A DNA stretch of 19,288 bases from Candidatus Hydrogenedentota bacterium (GTDB lineage Bacteria > Hydrogenedentota > Hydrogenedentia > Hydrogenedentales > GCA-2746185), in assembly GCA_046583315.1 (NCBI GenBank), contig JAYGCN010000117.1, positions 1-19,288 on the forward strand, read 5' to 3'. The first letter of the stretch is position 1; the number at the start of each line of letters is the position of its first letter. Shown in pieces: positions 1 to 9,121 of the stretch. The translations under genes were made by a program, and so were the position numbers. The notes beneath the pieces are model-generated. The model was given only the letters and a program-made list of their open reading frames with translations. It did no database searches and was not told where the DNA came from.

Positions 1-228
1 ATGGCGGATATCGATCTGATGATTCAGCCATCCACGCGAAATCTTATGTTAGGCAATCTGACGGGCCATCCGATGATCTGCGTGCCCGATGGCTTTACTC
101 CAAAGGGCACGCCGACCAGTATCGGATTTCTCGGGTCGCTTTATGGCGAAAGCGATCTCCTGTGCATTGCGAAATACTTTCAGGATCACACCGGGCATCA
201 TTTGAAACACCCGCCTGCGTTTTCCTGA
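1..228 (+). CDS. Amidase-signature family protein, C-terminal fragment (gene starts upstream of the window)
   Basis: NLTGHPMICVPDGF...GTPTSIGFLGSLYGESDLL matches the amidase C-terminal pattern NxxGxPxxxVPxG...GxPxxxxxxG...ExxLL. Stop TGA at 226-228. Confidence 0.85.
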   Translation: MADIDLMIQPSTRNLMLGNLTGHPMICVPDGFTPKGTPTSIGFLGSLYGESDLLCIAKYFQDHTGHHLKHPPAFS

Positions 229-231
229 TGA

Positions 232-813
232 TTAGTGCTCGCGATGATCGGGTGCTTCGATGGTGAAACCCGCTTTGAGATTTTCCCAATGCAGACTCAG
301 GGTCGCAGTAAGTTCACCCGTTTTCTCAATACGGTAATCAAGCCATTCCTGATGATCGGATTTCTCAGGCTTAACCGTCAGGCGCAGCACATCCTTGTCC
401 GCCGAATATTTCATGATGCCGAATTTGCTGCTGTCACTGCTGAAGATGAGCGTCCATTGGTCTTTCTCGGGGATGATGAAAAATCCGTAGGCACCGGCTT
501 TCAATGCTTGCCCGTTGACCTTCACGTCTTCGGCGAAGGTGACAACTGTGCTGCCGTTTGCTCCGGCAACCCAGGGTCGGGGATCGCCGCCGTTGAAGGG
601 AACCAAATCGCCCCAGATCGTGCGGCCTTTCATGCCGGGACGTCCAAAGGCCACATCGACCTTGCCATACCCGACTTCCTGCGAGACGCTGCCGTTTGGA
701 CTCGGGTTCGGCGCATCGGGATGTTTACCGTCGTGTGCCAACGCGGGCAGACTTACAAACGAAAAAACGAGGGCCACAACGCAGCCTTTTGTGAAGTTCG
801 AAATCAGATTCAT
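232..813 (-). CDS. DUF2911 family secreted protein
   Basis: Sec signal (ALA|HDG). SP...VSQ, GRPGMKGRTIWGDLVPF...W.AGAN..T, L.AG.Y.FFIIP....WTLIF and KDVLR are characteristic of DUF2911. GGAGA RBS at 821-825 (minus strand). Confidence 0.9.
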   Translation of the reverse strand: MNLISNFTKGCVVALVFSFVSLPALAHDGKHPDAPNPSPNGSVSQEVGYGKVDVAFGRPGMKGRTIWGDLVPFNGGDPRPWVAGANGSTVVTFAEDVKVNGQALKAGAYGFFIIPEKDQWTLIFSSDSSKFGIMKYSADKDVLRLTVKPEKSDHQEWLDYRIEKTGELTATLSLHWENLKAGFTIEAPDHREH

Positions 814-897
814 CGTACATTCTCCAAATGGTTAAAAGTTATCTGTCCATGGTATTCGATAGACACGGAAATCACAACGTCTAATTTCTTGGGGGAA

Positions 898-3069
898 TCA
901 GGGGCGTGGCAGGAGGAACAGTTCAATCTCGTTCGCCCCATTGCGGAGGACCTCGTCGGAGAGGATAAGATCGAATTGAGGCCCGGTGGCGGTATTAAAC
1001 ACTTGTGTAACGCCCTCTGCGATTCCATTCACGCAGGCCACGACGAAGTAAGCACCTTCTGAGTCCGGCAGGTCTCCCTCAATCGATCCAAACAGGCGTA
1101 GTAGAAGATAATCGGCACTCAGGTCTACATTTCGAAGGTCGTCGAGACCGGTGCAGACGATGCTTTCGGGCAACGCATTCGAGGCTATTTCGGCCCGCGG
1201 CTTTCCGATCCAGTCCAGTCCCGGTCCGAAATGAAACGGAGACGACCGGGCATCGTCGAGCGAGAAACGTTGGACGTAGTCGTTAAGTTCTTCGTCGCGA
1301 ATCCTCGTCGCTTCTTCCTGGGTTATCGAAAAGAGCTCGTCATCAACATTCGTCATGCGCTTTTTCTCGGGAAGGGGCGCAAGCGGGTCGATTAGTGATC
1401 GGCCATCGGCCTTGTAGCCGCCTGTGAGGTCGAGCGCATCGGTGATGGTGGGGACGATATCGATCGTTTGTACATTGGTCTCGTCAATCTCTCCTTCTTC
1501 CTGATTGGGATATTTGATAAACAGAGGGACGAATCCGATGCTTCCAATATTCTCATTCGTCAGCGAGCGATGGCTCATTCCATTGTAGTACGCGCCGTGA
1601 TCGGCGACGACGACAACGAGACTTTTTTCGTAGAGTTCATGGGTGCGTAGCGTGTCGAGTAACTCGCCAAAAATCTTGTCTCCATAACCCACCTGCAGCA
1701 AATGGGCCTGCCGACGATGAATGGCGTTCAGCGTGGGATCTTCAAGGTTCTCATACCAGTGGGTCTTGCCGAAATCGCGGTAGTTGTATAATTTTCCGGA
1801 GGGAAGAAACGTGCTCGGGCCATGCGGAACGAGCATGTGAATCAGATGCAGCGTTTCTTCGGGATACGTTTTTATCTCCGCGAAGAATTTACGAATTCTT
1901 TCCCGACGGTTGATGGATCGGAGCACTTCGTCTGGCTTTGCAGCATTTGCCGCGCCGATGGAATCCAGGAACCCGAGCAGTCCTTCGGCAGGTCCCGTGT
2001 TTAGAAACCGAAACATGAAACCGCCCCAGATGCCGAATTCCATCGGAGCGATTCGATCGGCCAACGATTTGGGAAGCGTCGTATGCAAAAACATCACGCC
2101 CGTGTCGATGGCAAGAGTAAGACCAACAATAGAATCCTGTACCTCGTACTGCGTGTAACGAATCTTATTGGACAGTTTGGTAATGGACTCGTACGAATGG
2201 ATTTCATAATGATTTTCGAGCAGCGTGAGGATGGTGTCCGGATAGTTCTGGCGAACGGGAATCACGGCGCCGTCGGGTGGATAGTTTCCTGAAAGAATCG
2301 CGGGCACGGCTTTCAGGGTGTAGTCATGCACCGTGGTAGCATTGGCGTACCACGTTGCGCCATCCGCAAACCTGGCGAAATTGGGGAATCGTTTCGCGTC
2401 GATGTCCCCCTGGGCGTCGAGCAGATCGATGAGCGGGAACTCGTCAAACACGACAAACACGATGGGAGGCTTTTCGTCAATGCCAATCGTTGTCTCTTGC
2501 GCAGGAACGGCGTTGGTTTGGTTGAGTATCTGCGCAATGTGTGTATTCGTGAGAAATTGCATGGGAAAAAATGCAGCTAAGGGGGACAAGAAGGCGAAAC
2601 CGATGTAGATGATGGTGTTGGTGGAATAATGCTTCGTCGCGAAGATGGCGATCGCGATCGCCAGGAGAACGATGAGCACGGCAGGCAGAAATGAGATGCC
2701 GCGAAGAACCTGCATGAACGACAGGGATAGCAGCACGACGATGATGGCGCGGTGTACCAGCCAGTGCATGCTTTCACGGATGGGCCCCACAACAAGAAAA
2801 GGCATCGTGAAGATCATGAGTACCGTCGGCAAGAAGACGCTGAGCGTTGCCACGAACAAATAAATGGTACCAGGCCAAATATCGTTGGTCACGAAGTAGG
2901 AGGGATTGGCCGCCAGAAAGGAGTAGAGTGGAAAGGCAATCACGAAACCGCTGAGCGTGTAGATGTGCAGGATATTGAGGAGTCTGGATGGCTTCAAAAG
3001 GTCGTCTTTTACGTCGTTCATGCAGGCGATCCTGTGGTGATTGATTGGCATGAAGCCTACCACAGGCAT
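898..3069 (-). CDS. Membrane-anchored alkaline-phosphatase/sulfatase-superfamily protein (LtaS-like transferase/hydrolase); start may be 3021
   Basis: About 5 N-terminal TM helices, then PPIVFVVFDEF, RFPNF, HDYTLKAVPAILSG (Thr at the nucleophile position), HMLVPHGP, VVVADHG, VPLFIKYP and TIDIVPTI. Confidence 0.85.
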   Translation of the reverse strand: MPVVGFMPINHHRIACMNDVKDDLLKPSRLLNILHIYTLSGFVIAFPLYSFLAANPSYFVTNDIWPGTIYLFVATLSVFLPTVLMIFTMPFLVVGPIRESMHWLVHRAIIVVLLSLSFMQVLRGISFLPAVLIVLLAIAIAIFATKHYSTNTIIYIGFAFLSPLAAFFPMQFLTNTHIAQILNQTNAVPAQETTIGIDEKPPIVFVVFDEFPLIDLLDAQGDIDAKRFPNFARFADGATWYANATTVHDYTLKAVPAILSGNYPPDGAVIPVRQNYPDTILTLLENHYEIHSYESITKLSNKIRYTQYEVQDSIVGLTLAIDTGVMFLHTTLPKSLADRIAPMEFGIWGGFMFRFLNTGPAEGLLGFLDSIGAANAAKPDEVLRSINRRERIRKFFAEIKTYPEETLHLIHMLVPHGPSTFLPSGKLYNYRDFGKTHWYENLEDPTLNAIHRRQAHLLQVGYGDKIFGELLDTLRTHELYEKSLVVVVADHGAYYNGMSHRSLTNENIGSIGFVPLFIKYPNQEEGEIDETNVQTIDIVPTITDALDLTGGYKADGRSLIDPLAPLPEKKRMTNVDDELFSITQEEATRIRDEELNDYVQRFSLDDARSSPFHFGPGLDWIGKPRAEIASNALPESIVCTGLDDLRNVDLSADYLLLRLFGSIEGDLPDSEGAYFVVACVNGIAEGVTQVFNTATGPQFDLILSDEVLRNGANEIELFLLPRP

Positions 3070-3116
3070 CGCTTTACGCTCAAACTTAGTTACGATGATT
3101 TCGGCGGATTAGCCCA

Positions 3117-6100
3117 CTACTCCGCCGAAGCCACCTCGGAGATGATACCGATGCTGGCGTTGTAGTAACTACCGGAGGCGGAATGGGTGAGCACGACCGC
3201 GCGAAGCATGTAGTATTGGTTTTCTCCAGGGGCGCTATCCACAAAATCAGTCGCGTCCGGGGTCAGTGTCGTTAGATGTTCATAGCCGCTGAATTTTTGC
3301 GCGGACCGATAGAGCCGCTGTTCCAGTACCGCATCTTCCTCGCTCGGTTCCCACCTAACTTCGATGTTGTCGTCGACACGAATCGTCTCAAATGCAGTGA
3401 TTGGTTTGGGATAGTCCATGCGCACAGCCGGATCGCCCATGAAATATTTGCGCACACTTGAGTTTGGCGATCCGCCGGGTATGCCGACGTCCGTAAACCG
3501 CATGCCGTACCCGATGTGTTTCCCGATGGGCATATAACGCAGCTGATATTCCCAGGGCGGACTGCTGGCCAGTGTCGAGATGATTCCGTAATTCTCCTGC
3601 GTCAATGGAGCACGCAAGAGGTTGTCCGGATTGTGCCAATCGCCGAAGAAATCGCCGTGGAGTCCCTGAAACATGACCTGATACTCGTGATCGACGTAAT
3701 CTTGTATGTTGGCTGCGTGGCCCAGATGTTGGTAATCGGACTCTTGCCCGGCATATCCGAAGAGGAAGGGGTGGTCTCTCGTGGTGCGCCATGTGCCGGC
3801 GTAGACATTCTCGATTCCGACGATGGAGGTGAGATTCCATCCGTCGCGTCCGAAGGGAATTTTTCCCGGAAATCGTTCATCGACGATGGCGCGCGCCGGG
3901 ATATCCATTTCGCCGTGTTTCCAACGTCGCAATTTCTCGAAGTATCGATTGGTGAGTGAGGCCTCATCGCCAAAGGAGGGCATCTCTGCCAGATAAACCC
4001 GACCCCAACCAGCTTCGTAATCGGAAACCACTTCGTCCGGGTCGAATTTTCCATCTTTGGGTACGTTGTGGTGACGCAGAATCGGCGCGTCGGTTACGTT
4101 GACTTTGGTGTCCTGCCAAATGGGTTTGGAGGAAGCGAGGTCGGCGTAATAGGCATCGGTAGGGTGCGCGCCCGCATGTTCTGCGTGCCCGTCGTAGGTG
4201 GACGAGCCCGAATAGGGAACGGGAACCTGGCCCACGAAAATGAAGATGTGATCTTCGCCGGGAACGTACGCTTCGTTCAGTTTTGCCTTGACGCTTTCAA
4301 CCGATTCGGTGGCTTGCGTGATCACACCGGTAACCTGCCAGCCGTCGCCCGCGAGATCGCGATAGTAGCCTTCCAAAGAGTCCGCGATGGACGGATGAAG
4401 CGCTTCATCGATCACAACGATTGCATGCCCGCGATTTTCTTCCAGCGGAATTTTTATGCCACTGATGATGACCTGGTCCCGATAGCGGTCGGTCGTTGTT
4501 CCACTTGGCCCTTCAACACTCTCTGTAATCTGGTGGAGCCAGTATTGGTAAATCAATCCCGGCTCGATGTCCACATCGGTCCAGGAACTCTCCAGATTTC
4601 CGACAAACAGGTTCTCCGAGGTATTTACGGGTTGGTAGCGATCGTGATGTTCAAGCCCCTGATTTCGACCAATAAAAATATCTTGTCCGCCATCGGTAGT
4701 CGGCCAGCGCAACTCGATTCGGTGTGGCTCCTCGTAGACGAGCGCCTCCGCCTTAAACGACCACGCTTCGTCTATCGTGCCATAGGTATTTCGGTATTCA
4801 AGCGGGAAACCCATGTTGTCGCGCGCCTGATCGGTTAGCTCGTGTTCGGGATCACACCACGGCCGATTACGGATCAGGTCGGCAATCTGATCCTCGGAAA
4901 GCGGATTTCCACTGAGCGACGCGTAATACAGATCGATCATGCCGTAGAGCGGCGTCACGTCGTCGATACCCGTGTAATCGGCATGCAACTCCTGCAACTC
5001 AGTGAGTTGGGTGATCCATGAAATGTCCGTCGTCGGTGTGCGGGATAACGAAAGGTGGGTAATCCGCGAACACAGGGCCAAGGGAGAGAGATCGGCTATC
5101 CAGTTATCCTCCAAATAGACCATTCGCAGTTGCGGCAAATGGGACAGCAGCTCGATGTCCCGCAAATCGGTATTGTTCAGATTTAACTCTTCGAGCGCAA
5201 CGCAATGCTGAATGCCTTCCAGCGTTCGAATCGGCTGATTGTAAGCCGAGAGCGTGCGCAGATCCGCAAAGTCTTCTTCGCGCAGCAGGCCGGTCGGTTT
5301 GTTGATCGCCTCGCGAATGGCGAGCTCCAGATTCAGATCGCGAATCAAGCTGGATACCCGAAGCACCTTGATCGGTGGAATCGCCGGCGGCGTTGGGGCT
5401 TCAAAATGAGGCGTCTCAAGTTGGGCGATAACTGCTTCCTCAGGCTCCACAACGTCTTCTTCGACAATCATTTCCTCTTCGGGTTCAACAGCTTCTTCGA
5501 TGGCCAGCACTTCAATTTCCGGCGACGGCTCCGCAGGGATTTCGGGCGTGACTGTCGGTTTCACTTCCGGTGTACTCGCAGGTGACTGCAGAGGGACTTC
5601 GTCGCTGGCCTTTCTGAAATCGGTGTTACGCATCCAATTCGCCCCCGCAATACCGATTGCCACCGTTGCGGCAACCAATCCGACAAGAATGACACGGTTG
5701 CGCCATTGTGCGGGCCTCGCCGACTCGCCACTTCCAGACGCGGGTGCTTCTCGCTCAGAACTGTCGTCTGCTTCCTTCGCTGCAACGTCGAATGGGTCGT
5801 CCTCCGAGGCAGGGACAAGATCTTCATCCGGCGATTCGAATGGATCCTCGGCAGGAAAATCGAAGGGGTCCTGTTCCGGTTCTGCAAGAGACTCCTCGTC
5901 GGGCGAAGTCACGGTTTCGTTTGCCTCCGGTGATTCAAGCGGCTCGTCATCGAAATCTCCGAAAGGCTCGTCATCGGGAAAGTTGTCTGAGACTTCGCCC
6001 GGTACTTCCGGCGGTACTTCAGTAGGTGATGTAGGCGGTTGGGAATTGACAACCTGAAGGGCATCGCGACACATTTGTATCGCCCCGACAATAACCGGAT

Positions 6101-6215
6101 CGCCGGGATAGTTTCGGTCAATCTGAACCAGTAGCGTCAGCGCGTCCACGTGGCGCCTGTCGACATACCAGTCGCTCGCCCGTCGGTACGCCTCTTCAGC
6201 CTCTTTAGCGTTCAT
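3117..6215 (-). CDS. Membrane-anchored multidomain protein: TPR-like N-terminus, acidic linker, TM, internalin-type LRRs, Fn3-like domain, gingipain(C25)-like domain, Fn3-like domain
   Basis: 1032-aa ORF. TM segment VILVGLVAATVAIGIAG. LRRs LEELNLNNTDLRDIELL and LRMVYLEDNWIADLSPL. C25-like segments AIVVID...DL.GDGW.V, FVGQVPVPY, TDAYYADL, WGRV and FMGDP. C-terminal V.W...LYRS...D...YY Fn3-like pattern. Confidence 0.75.
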   Translation of the reverse strand: MNAKEAEEAYRRASDWYVDRRHVDALTLLVQIDRNYPGDPVIVGAIQMCRDALQVVNSQPPTSPTEVPPEVPGEVSDNFPDDEPFGDFDDEPLESPEANETVTSPDEESLAEPEQDPFDFPAEDPFESPDEDLVPASEDDPFDVAAKEADDSSEREAPASGSGESARPAQWRNRVILVGLVAATVAIGIAGANWMRNTDFRKASDEVPLQSPASTPEVKPTVTPEIPAEPSPEIEVLAIEEAVEPEEEMIVEEDVVEPEEAVIAQLETPHFEAPTPPAIPPIKVLRVSSLIRDLNLELAIREAINKPTGLLREEDFADLRTLSAYNQPIRTLEGIQHCVALEELNLNNTDLRDIELLSHLPQLRMVYLEDNWIADLSPLALCSRITHLSLSRTPTTDISWITQLTELQELHADYTGIDDVTPLYGMIDLYYASLSGNPLSEDQIADLIRNRPWCDPEHELTDQARDNMGFPLEYRNTYGTIDEAWSFKAEALVYEEPHRIELRWPTTDGGQDIFIGRNQGLEHHDRYQPVNTSENLFVGNLESSWTDVDIEPGLIYQYWLHQITESVEGPSGTTTDRYRDQVIISGIKIPLEENRGHAIVVIDEALHPSIADSLEGYYRDLAGDGWQVTGVITQATESVESVKAKLNEAYVPGEDHIFIFVGQVPVPYSGSSTYDGHAEHAGAHPTDAYYADLASSKPIWQDTKVNVTDAPILRHHNVPKDGKFDPDEVVSDYEAGWGRVYLAEMPSFGDEASLTNRYFEKLRRWKHGEMDIPARAIVDERFPGKIPFGRDGWNLTSIVGIENVYAGTWRTTRDHPFLFGYAGQESDYQHLGHAANIQDYVDHEYQVMFQGLHGDFFGDWHNPDNLLRAPLTQENYGIISTLASSPPWEYQLRYMPIGKHIGYGMRFTDVGIPGGSPNSSVRKYFMGDPAVRMDYPKPITAFETIRVDDNIEVRWEPSEEDAVLEQRLYRSAQKFSGYEHLTTLTPDATDFVDSAPGENQYYMLRAVVLTHSASGSYYNASIGIISEVASAE

Positions 6216-6413
6216 AAACTATTCCCAAATGCGCCTACACAGCCGTACATTCTACACTATTATTAGCTTAAAGCCTTGGATGTCATACATTTACCCTGCA
6301 AACTAAGGCCATTTAGTGAAAAACCGACGCCAATAGAGGTGTTTCTTTGCCGAATACGGTGCTACCATGACCGGGTTCGCGCCTTACCAACCGCAGAAAT
6401 CCGGAGATATTGC

Positions 6414-7961
6414 ATGACCCATTTTACTTCTCTTATACGCCCAAGCCTGATCCTAATGTCGCTGGTTCTCTCGTTTCCGACGATGGCCGATACATCCAAT
6501 CTGGGCAGTATTCGCTTCCCGAATTCAGGGGCGGACGATGCGCAGGAAGATTTCATTGAGGGCATGTTGTATATGCACAATTTCGAGTACGACGAAGCCG
6601 CCACAGCTTTCAAGCGCGCTCGCACCATCGATAAAGATTTCGCGATGGCGTATTGGGGCGAGGCATTAACCTACCACCATCCGCTTTGGAATCAGCAATC
6701 GCGGAAGACGGCTCGGGATCTCCTCAAAACCCTTGGGCGTACGTCCGAAGATCGCGCAGCGAAAGTGTCGACGCAACGCGAGAAAGATTATCTCGGAACG
6801 ATAGAGATTCTCTACGGCATGACCGAGGATACGCGGACGTTAACGAAGGACGTGCTGGATGTGCGGTATCGCGATGCCATGCGCCGTCTTCACGAGGCCT
6901 ACCCCGACGATCACGAAGCGCAGACCCTCTACGGACTCTCTATTTTGGGCGTAGGCAGTCGTAACCGTGAATTTTCGACGTATATGCGTGCCGCGGCGGT
7001 GCTGACTCCGGTCTGGGATGCGAATCGCAGTCACCCGGGTGCCGCGCACTATCTTATTCACTCCTACGACGATCCGACCCACGCGCCGTTGGGACTTCCG
7101 ATGGCCCGCGCCTATTCGAAGATCGCCCCGGCCGCCGCCCATGCGCAACACATGACCTCGCACATATTTGTTGCGCTGGGCATGTGGGACGATTTGGTGG
7201 ACTCGAACGCGACTGCGATACGGGTCGAGAACGAGGGGAGAGAAGGTCCGCTACTTGTGGCTGGTCATTACGTGTATTGGCTTCAGTACGGCTATCTTCA
7301 GCAAGGGCGCTACGACGATGCGACGGTATTGATGCAGGCGGCATTGGATCGGATGGGAGAGAATCCAAAGGGCGGCGAGAAATCCTACTACGGCACGATG
7401 TATGCCCGATACATGCTGGACACGCAGGACTGGAAGGCCTCTGAGAAATGGGCCGCGCCGGACGATGTTGACATCGCAACACCAAACTATCATTTCGCCC
7501 GCGCGTTTGCCGCGATACAGAACGGACAACTTGATAAAGCACGAACACATATGGATCGCGTGAAGCCGATGAAAGGCGGGTCACCAGAAGTCACTGCAGA
7601 CGAAGAAACGGCCGCAGTCCTGATATTGGAACTGAAAGCGTTATTGGCGTTGGCGGAAGGGAAAACTGATGAAGGAGTGTCGCTTGCGCAAAAGGCGGTC
7701 GAGGAGGAGCAGGCGTTGAAATTCAGTTTTGGCCCGCCGCACGTCATGAAACCGACCTCGGAGTTGCTGGGCGATATTCTGCTGAGCCTGGACCGCGCGG
7801 AAGAAGCCATGGCAGCCTATACCGAGCAGCTGACCCATACGCCGCGCCGCACCCAGTCGTTAGTGGGGCTTACCCGCGCGGCAACGAAACACGGGGATTC
7901 GCTTGTCGCTTCGGACACGCAGCAGCAGCTTGCTCAAGTCTTGCATCTGGCTGATAAATGA
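6414..7961 (+). CDS. Secreted tetratricopeptide-repeat protein
   Basis: ATG at 6414 with GGAG at 6403-6406 and a signal peptide (preferred over TTG 6276). TPR segment A..AF..A...D.DFAMAYWGEA. Motifs HPGAAHYLIHSYD and AAHAQHMTSHIF...G.W. Confidence 0.85.
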   Translation: MTHFTSLIRPSLILMSLVLSFPTMADTSNLGSIRFPNSGADDAQEDFIEGMLYMHNFEYDEAATAFKRARTIDKDFAMAYWGEALTYHHPLWNQQSRKTARDLLKTLGRTSEDRAAKVSTQREKDYLGTIEILYGMTEDTRTLTKDVLDVRYRDAMRRLHEAYPDDHEAQTLYGLSILGVGSRNREFSTYMRAAAVLTPVWDANRSHPGAAHYLIHSYDDPTHAPLGLPMARAYSKIAPAAAHAQHMTSHIFVALGMWDDLVDSNATAIRVENEGREGPLLVAGHYVYWLQYGYLQQGRYDDATVLMQAALDRMGENPKGGEKSYYGTMYARYMLDTQDWKASEKWAAPDDVDIATPNYHFARAFAAIQNGQLDKARTHMDRVKPMKGGSPEVTADEETAAVLILELKALLALAEGKTDEGVSLAQKAVEEEQALKFSFGPPHVMKPTSELLGDILLSLDRAEEAMAAYTEQLTHTPRRTQSLVGLTRAATKHGDSLVASDTQQQLAQVLHLADK

Positions 7962-8011
7962 ATAATCAGTAGACGCCAGCATTCGAAAATAGTCGGCGAC
8001 GCGATTATTGG

Positions 8012-8854
8012 TTATCGGGATACAGTGAAATCGCCGAATACGAAGTCAGTGCAATTGAATGCTTCAAAATTACCTGAGATCGTGTCCGAATTCGTTCCGC
8101 TAATAATTCCCATTGCTGCAACGGGGCATTCATTTGGCGAATCGGGAATGAAAGCAAGTTTTATCGAGTTCGTTGAACCGGATAGCCACCCAATAATTTC
8201 ACCTGCAGTATTATAAGCAGCATTCGAAAAATTGGCGCGCATGCGACCGGTGAAATTGAGTCCACTCTACACGAGGTCAATTTCAAGACTGCCCGAACCG
8301 GCTATATTGGAGAATATGGAACCGCTGTACACGCCATCTATGTTTCGAATCGATACTTCGGGTACGTTCGTAAGAATGATGTCCCCGGTGTCGATGACTG
8401 CACAATCGAAGGCAGAAAAAGTACCATAAATACTGTCCGCACCGCCCATGGCATTAAACGTAGATGGGCATCCGTCAGCCAAATAGGAATCGAGAATTCC
8501 ACTCAGGTTACTGAGATCATTGGTGTTGTTTATACCTGTCAACGTGCCCGCGTTATCGTTGATATTACCGGAAAAGTCCGCCGTCCAGGTACCCCTAATG
8601 TTGCTAGTCCCGACCTCATCGGACTCGTATACAAATTCTCTGGTAATGTCTACACTGATAGTTCCATTTCCAGCAAAACTTGATAGAATGGTGCCGGAGT
8701 ATGAGCCGACGAGTTCAGAGGGGATGTCCGTCCCCTGATCACCACCACCACCTCCGCCACCGCCGCATCCGGTCAAACCGGTGATTACGATACCGGCCAG
8801 TAGAGTGATTACGATGCAGCGAGCTATTTTGATACTAGTAAAGATGATTTTCAT
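8012..8854 (-). pseudogene. Lipoprotein with two tandem beta-rich repeats, interrupted by an in-frame TAG at 8267-8269 (nonsense allele, sequencing error or readthrough)
   Basis: Lipobox LTGC followed by 8 Gly. ORFs 8267..8854 and 8012..8242 are in the same frame, and reading through gives DLV*SGLNFTGRMRANFS, which completes repeat 2. Confidence 0.75.
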
Positions 8855-8987
8855 GACCTGCCCCCATTGAATTCTGGAAAATCAGTAAAGTAAACAGTAT
8901 GTACCGTATCAAAGGCTACGGAGGTTCAGCAAGTGTAATCGAGAGAGAACGCTGGGCGCTCTTAGGGCTACGGTTGAGGTGATTGAC

Positions 8988-9016
8988 TTGCAACGGATAC
9001 AGTGATCGTTTATCAT
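8988..9016 (+). promoter_or_regulatory. Putative sigma70 promoter for the GT9-DUF4254 operon
   Basis: TTGCAA (8988-8993), 17-nt spacer, TATCAT (9011-9016). Confidence 0.5.
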
Positions 9017-9121
9017 CTTCGCCAATGGCACACGCCGATCCATTCTAAATCTGCATATCTTTTGGGGAAGGTAACCCCCCGATCCATCGACGAAACCGAG
9101 TGTTGCCAAGAGAGTCGTTCC

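Noticed and set aside
235..1062. Long antisense or alternative-frame ORFs (e.g. 235..1062, 4068..4838, 12704..13402)
   Set aside because: They overlap well-supported genes and lack recognisable motifs, as expected for GC-rich shadow ORFs.
6276..6413. N-terminal extension of the TPR ORF (similarly 9002-9121 and 12489-12542)
   Set aside because: Downstream starts have better RBSs and put the signal peptide or first domain at the N-terminus.
7977..8230. 13-bp direct repeat CAGCATTCGAAAA (7977-7989 and 8218-8230)
   Set aside because: One copy lies inside coding sequence and no mobile element is enclosed, so it is probably chance.
8267..8269. Genome-wide TAG recoding
   Set aside because: TAG ends apparently complete genes at 3117, 10781, 12180 and 16648.
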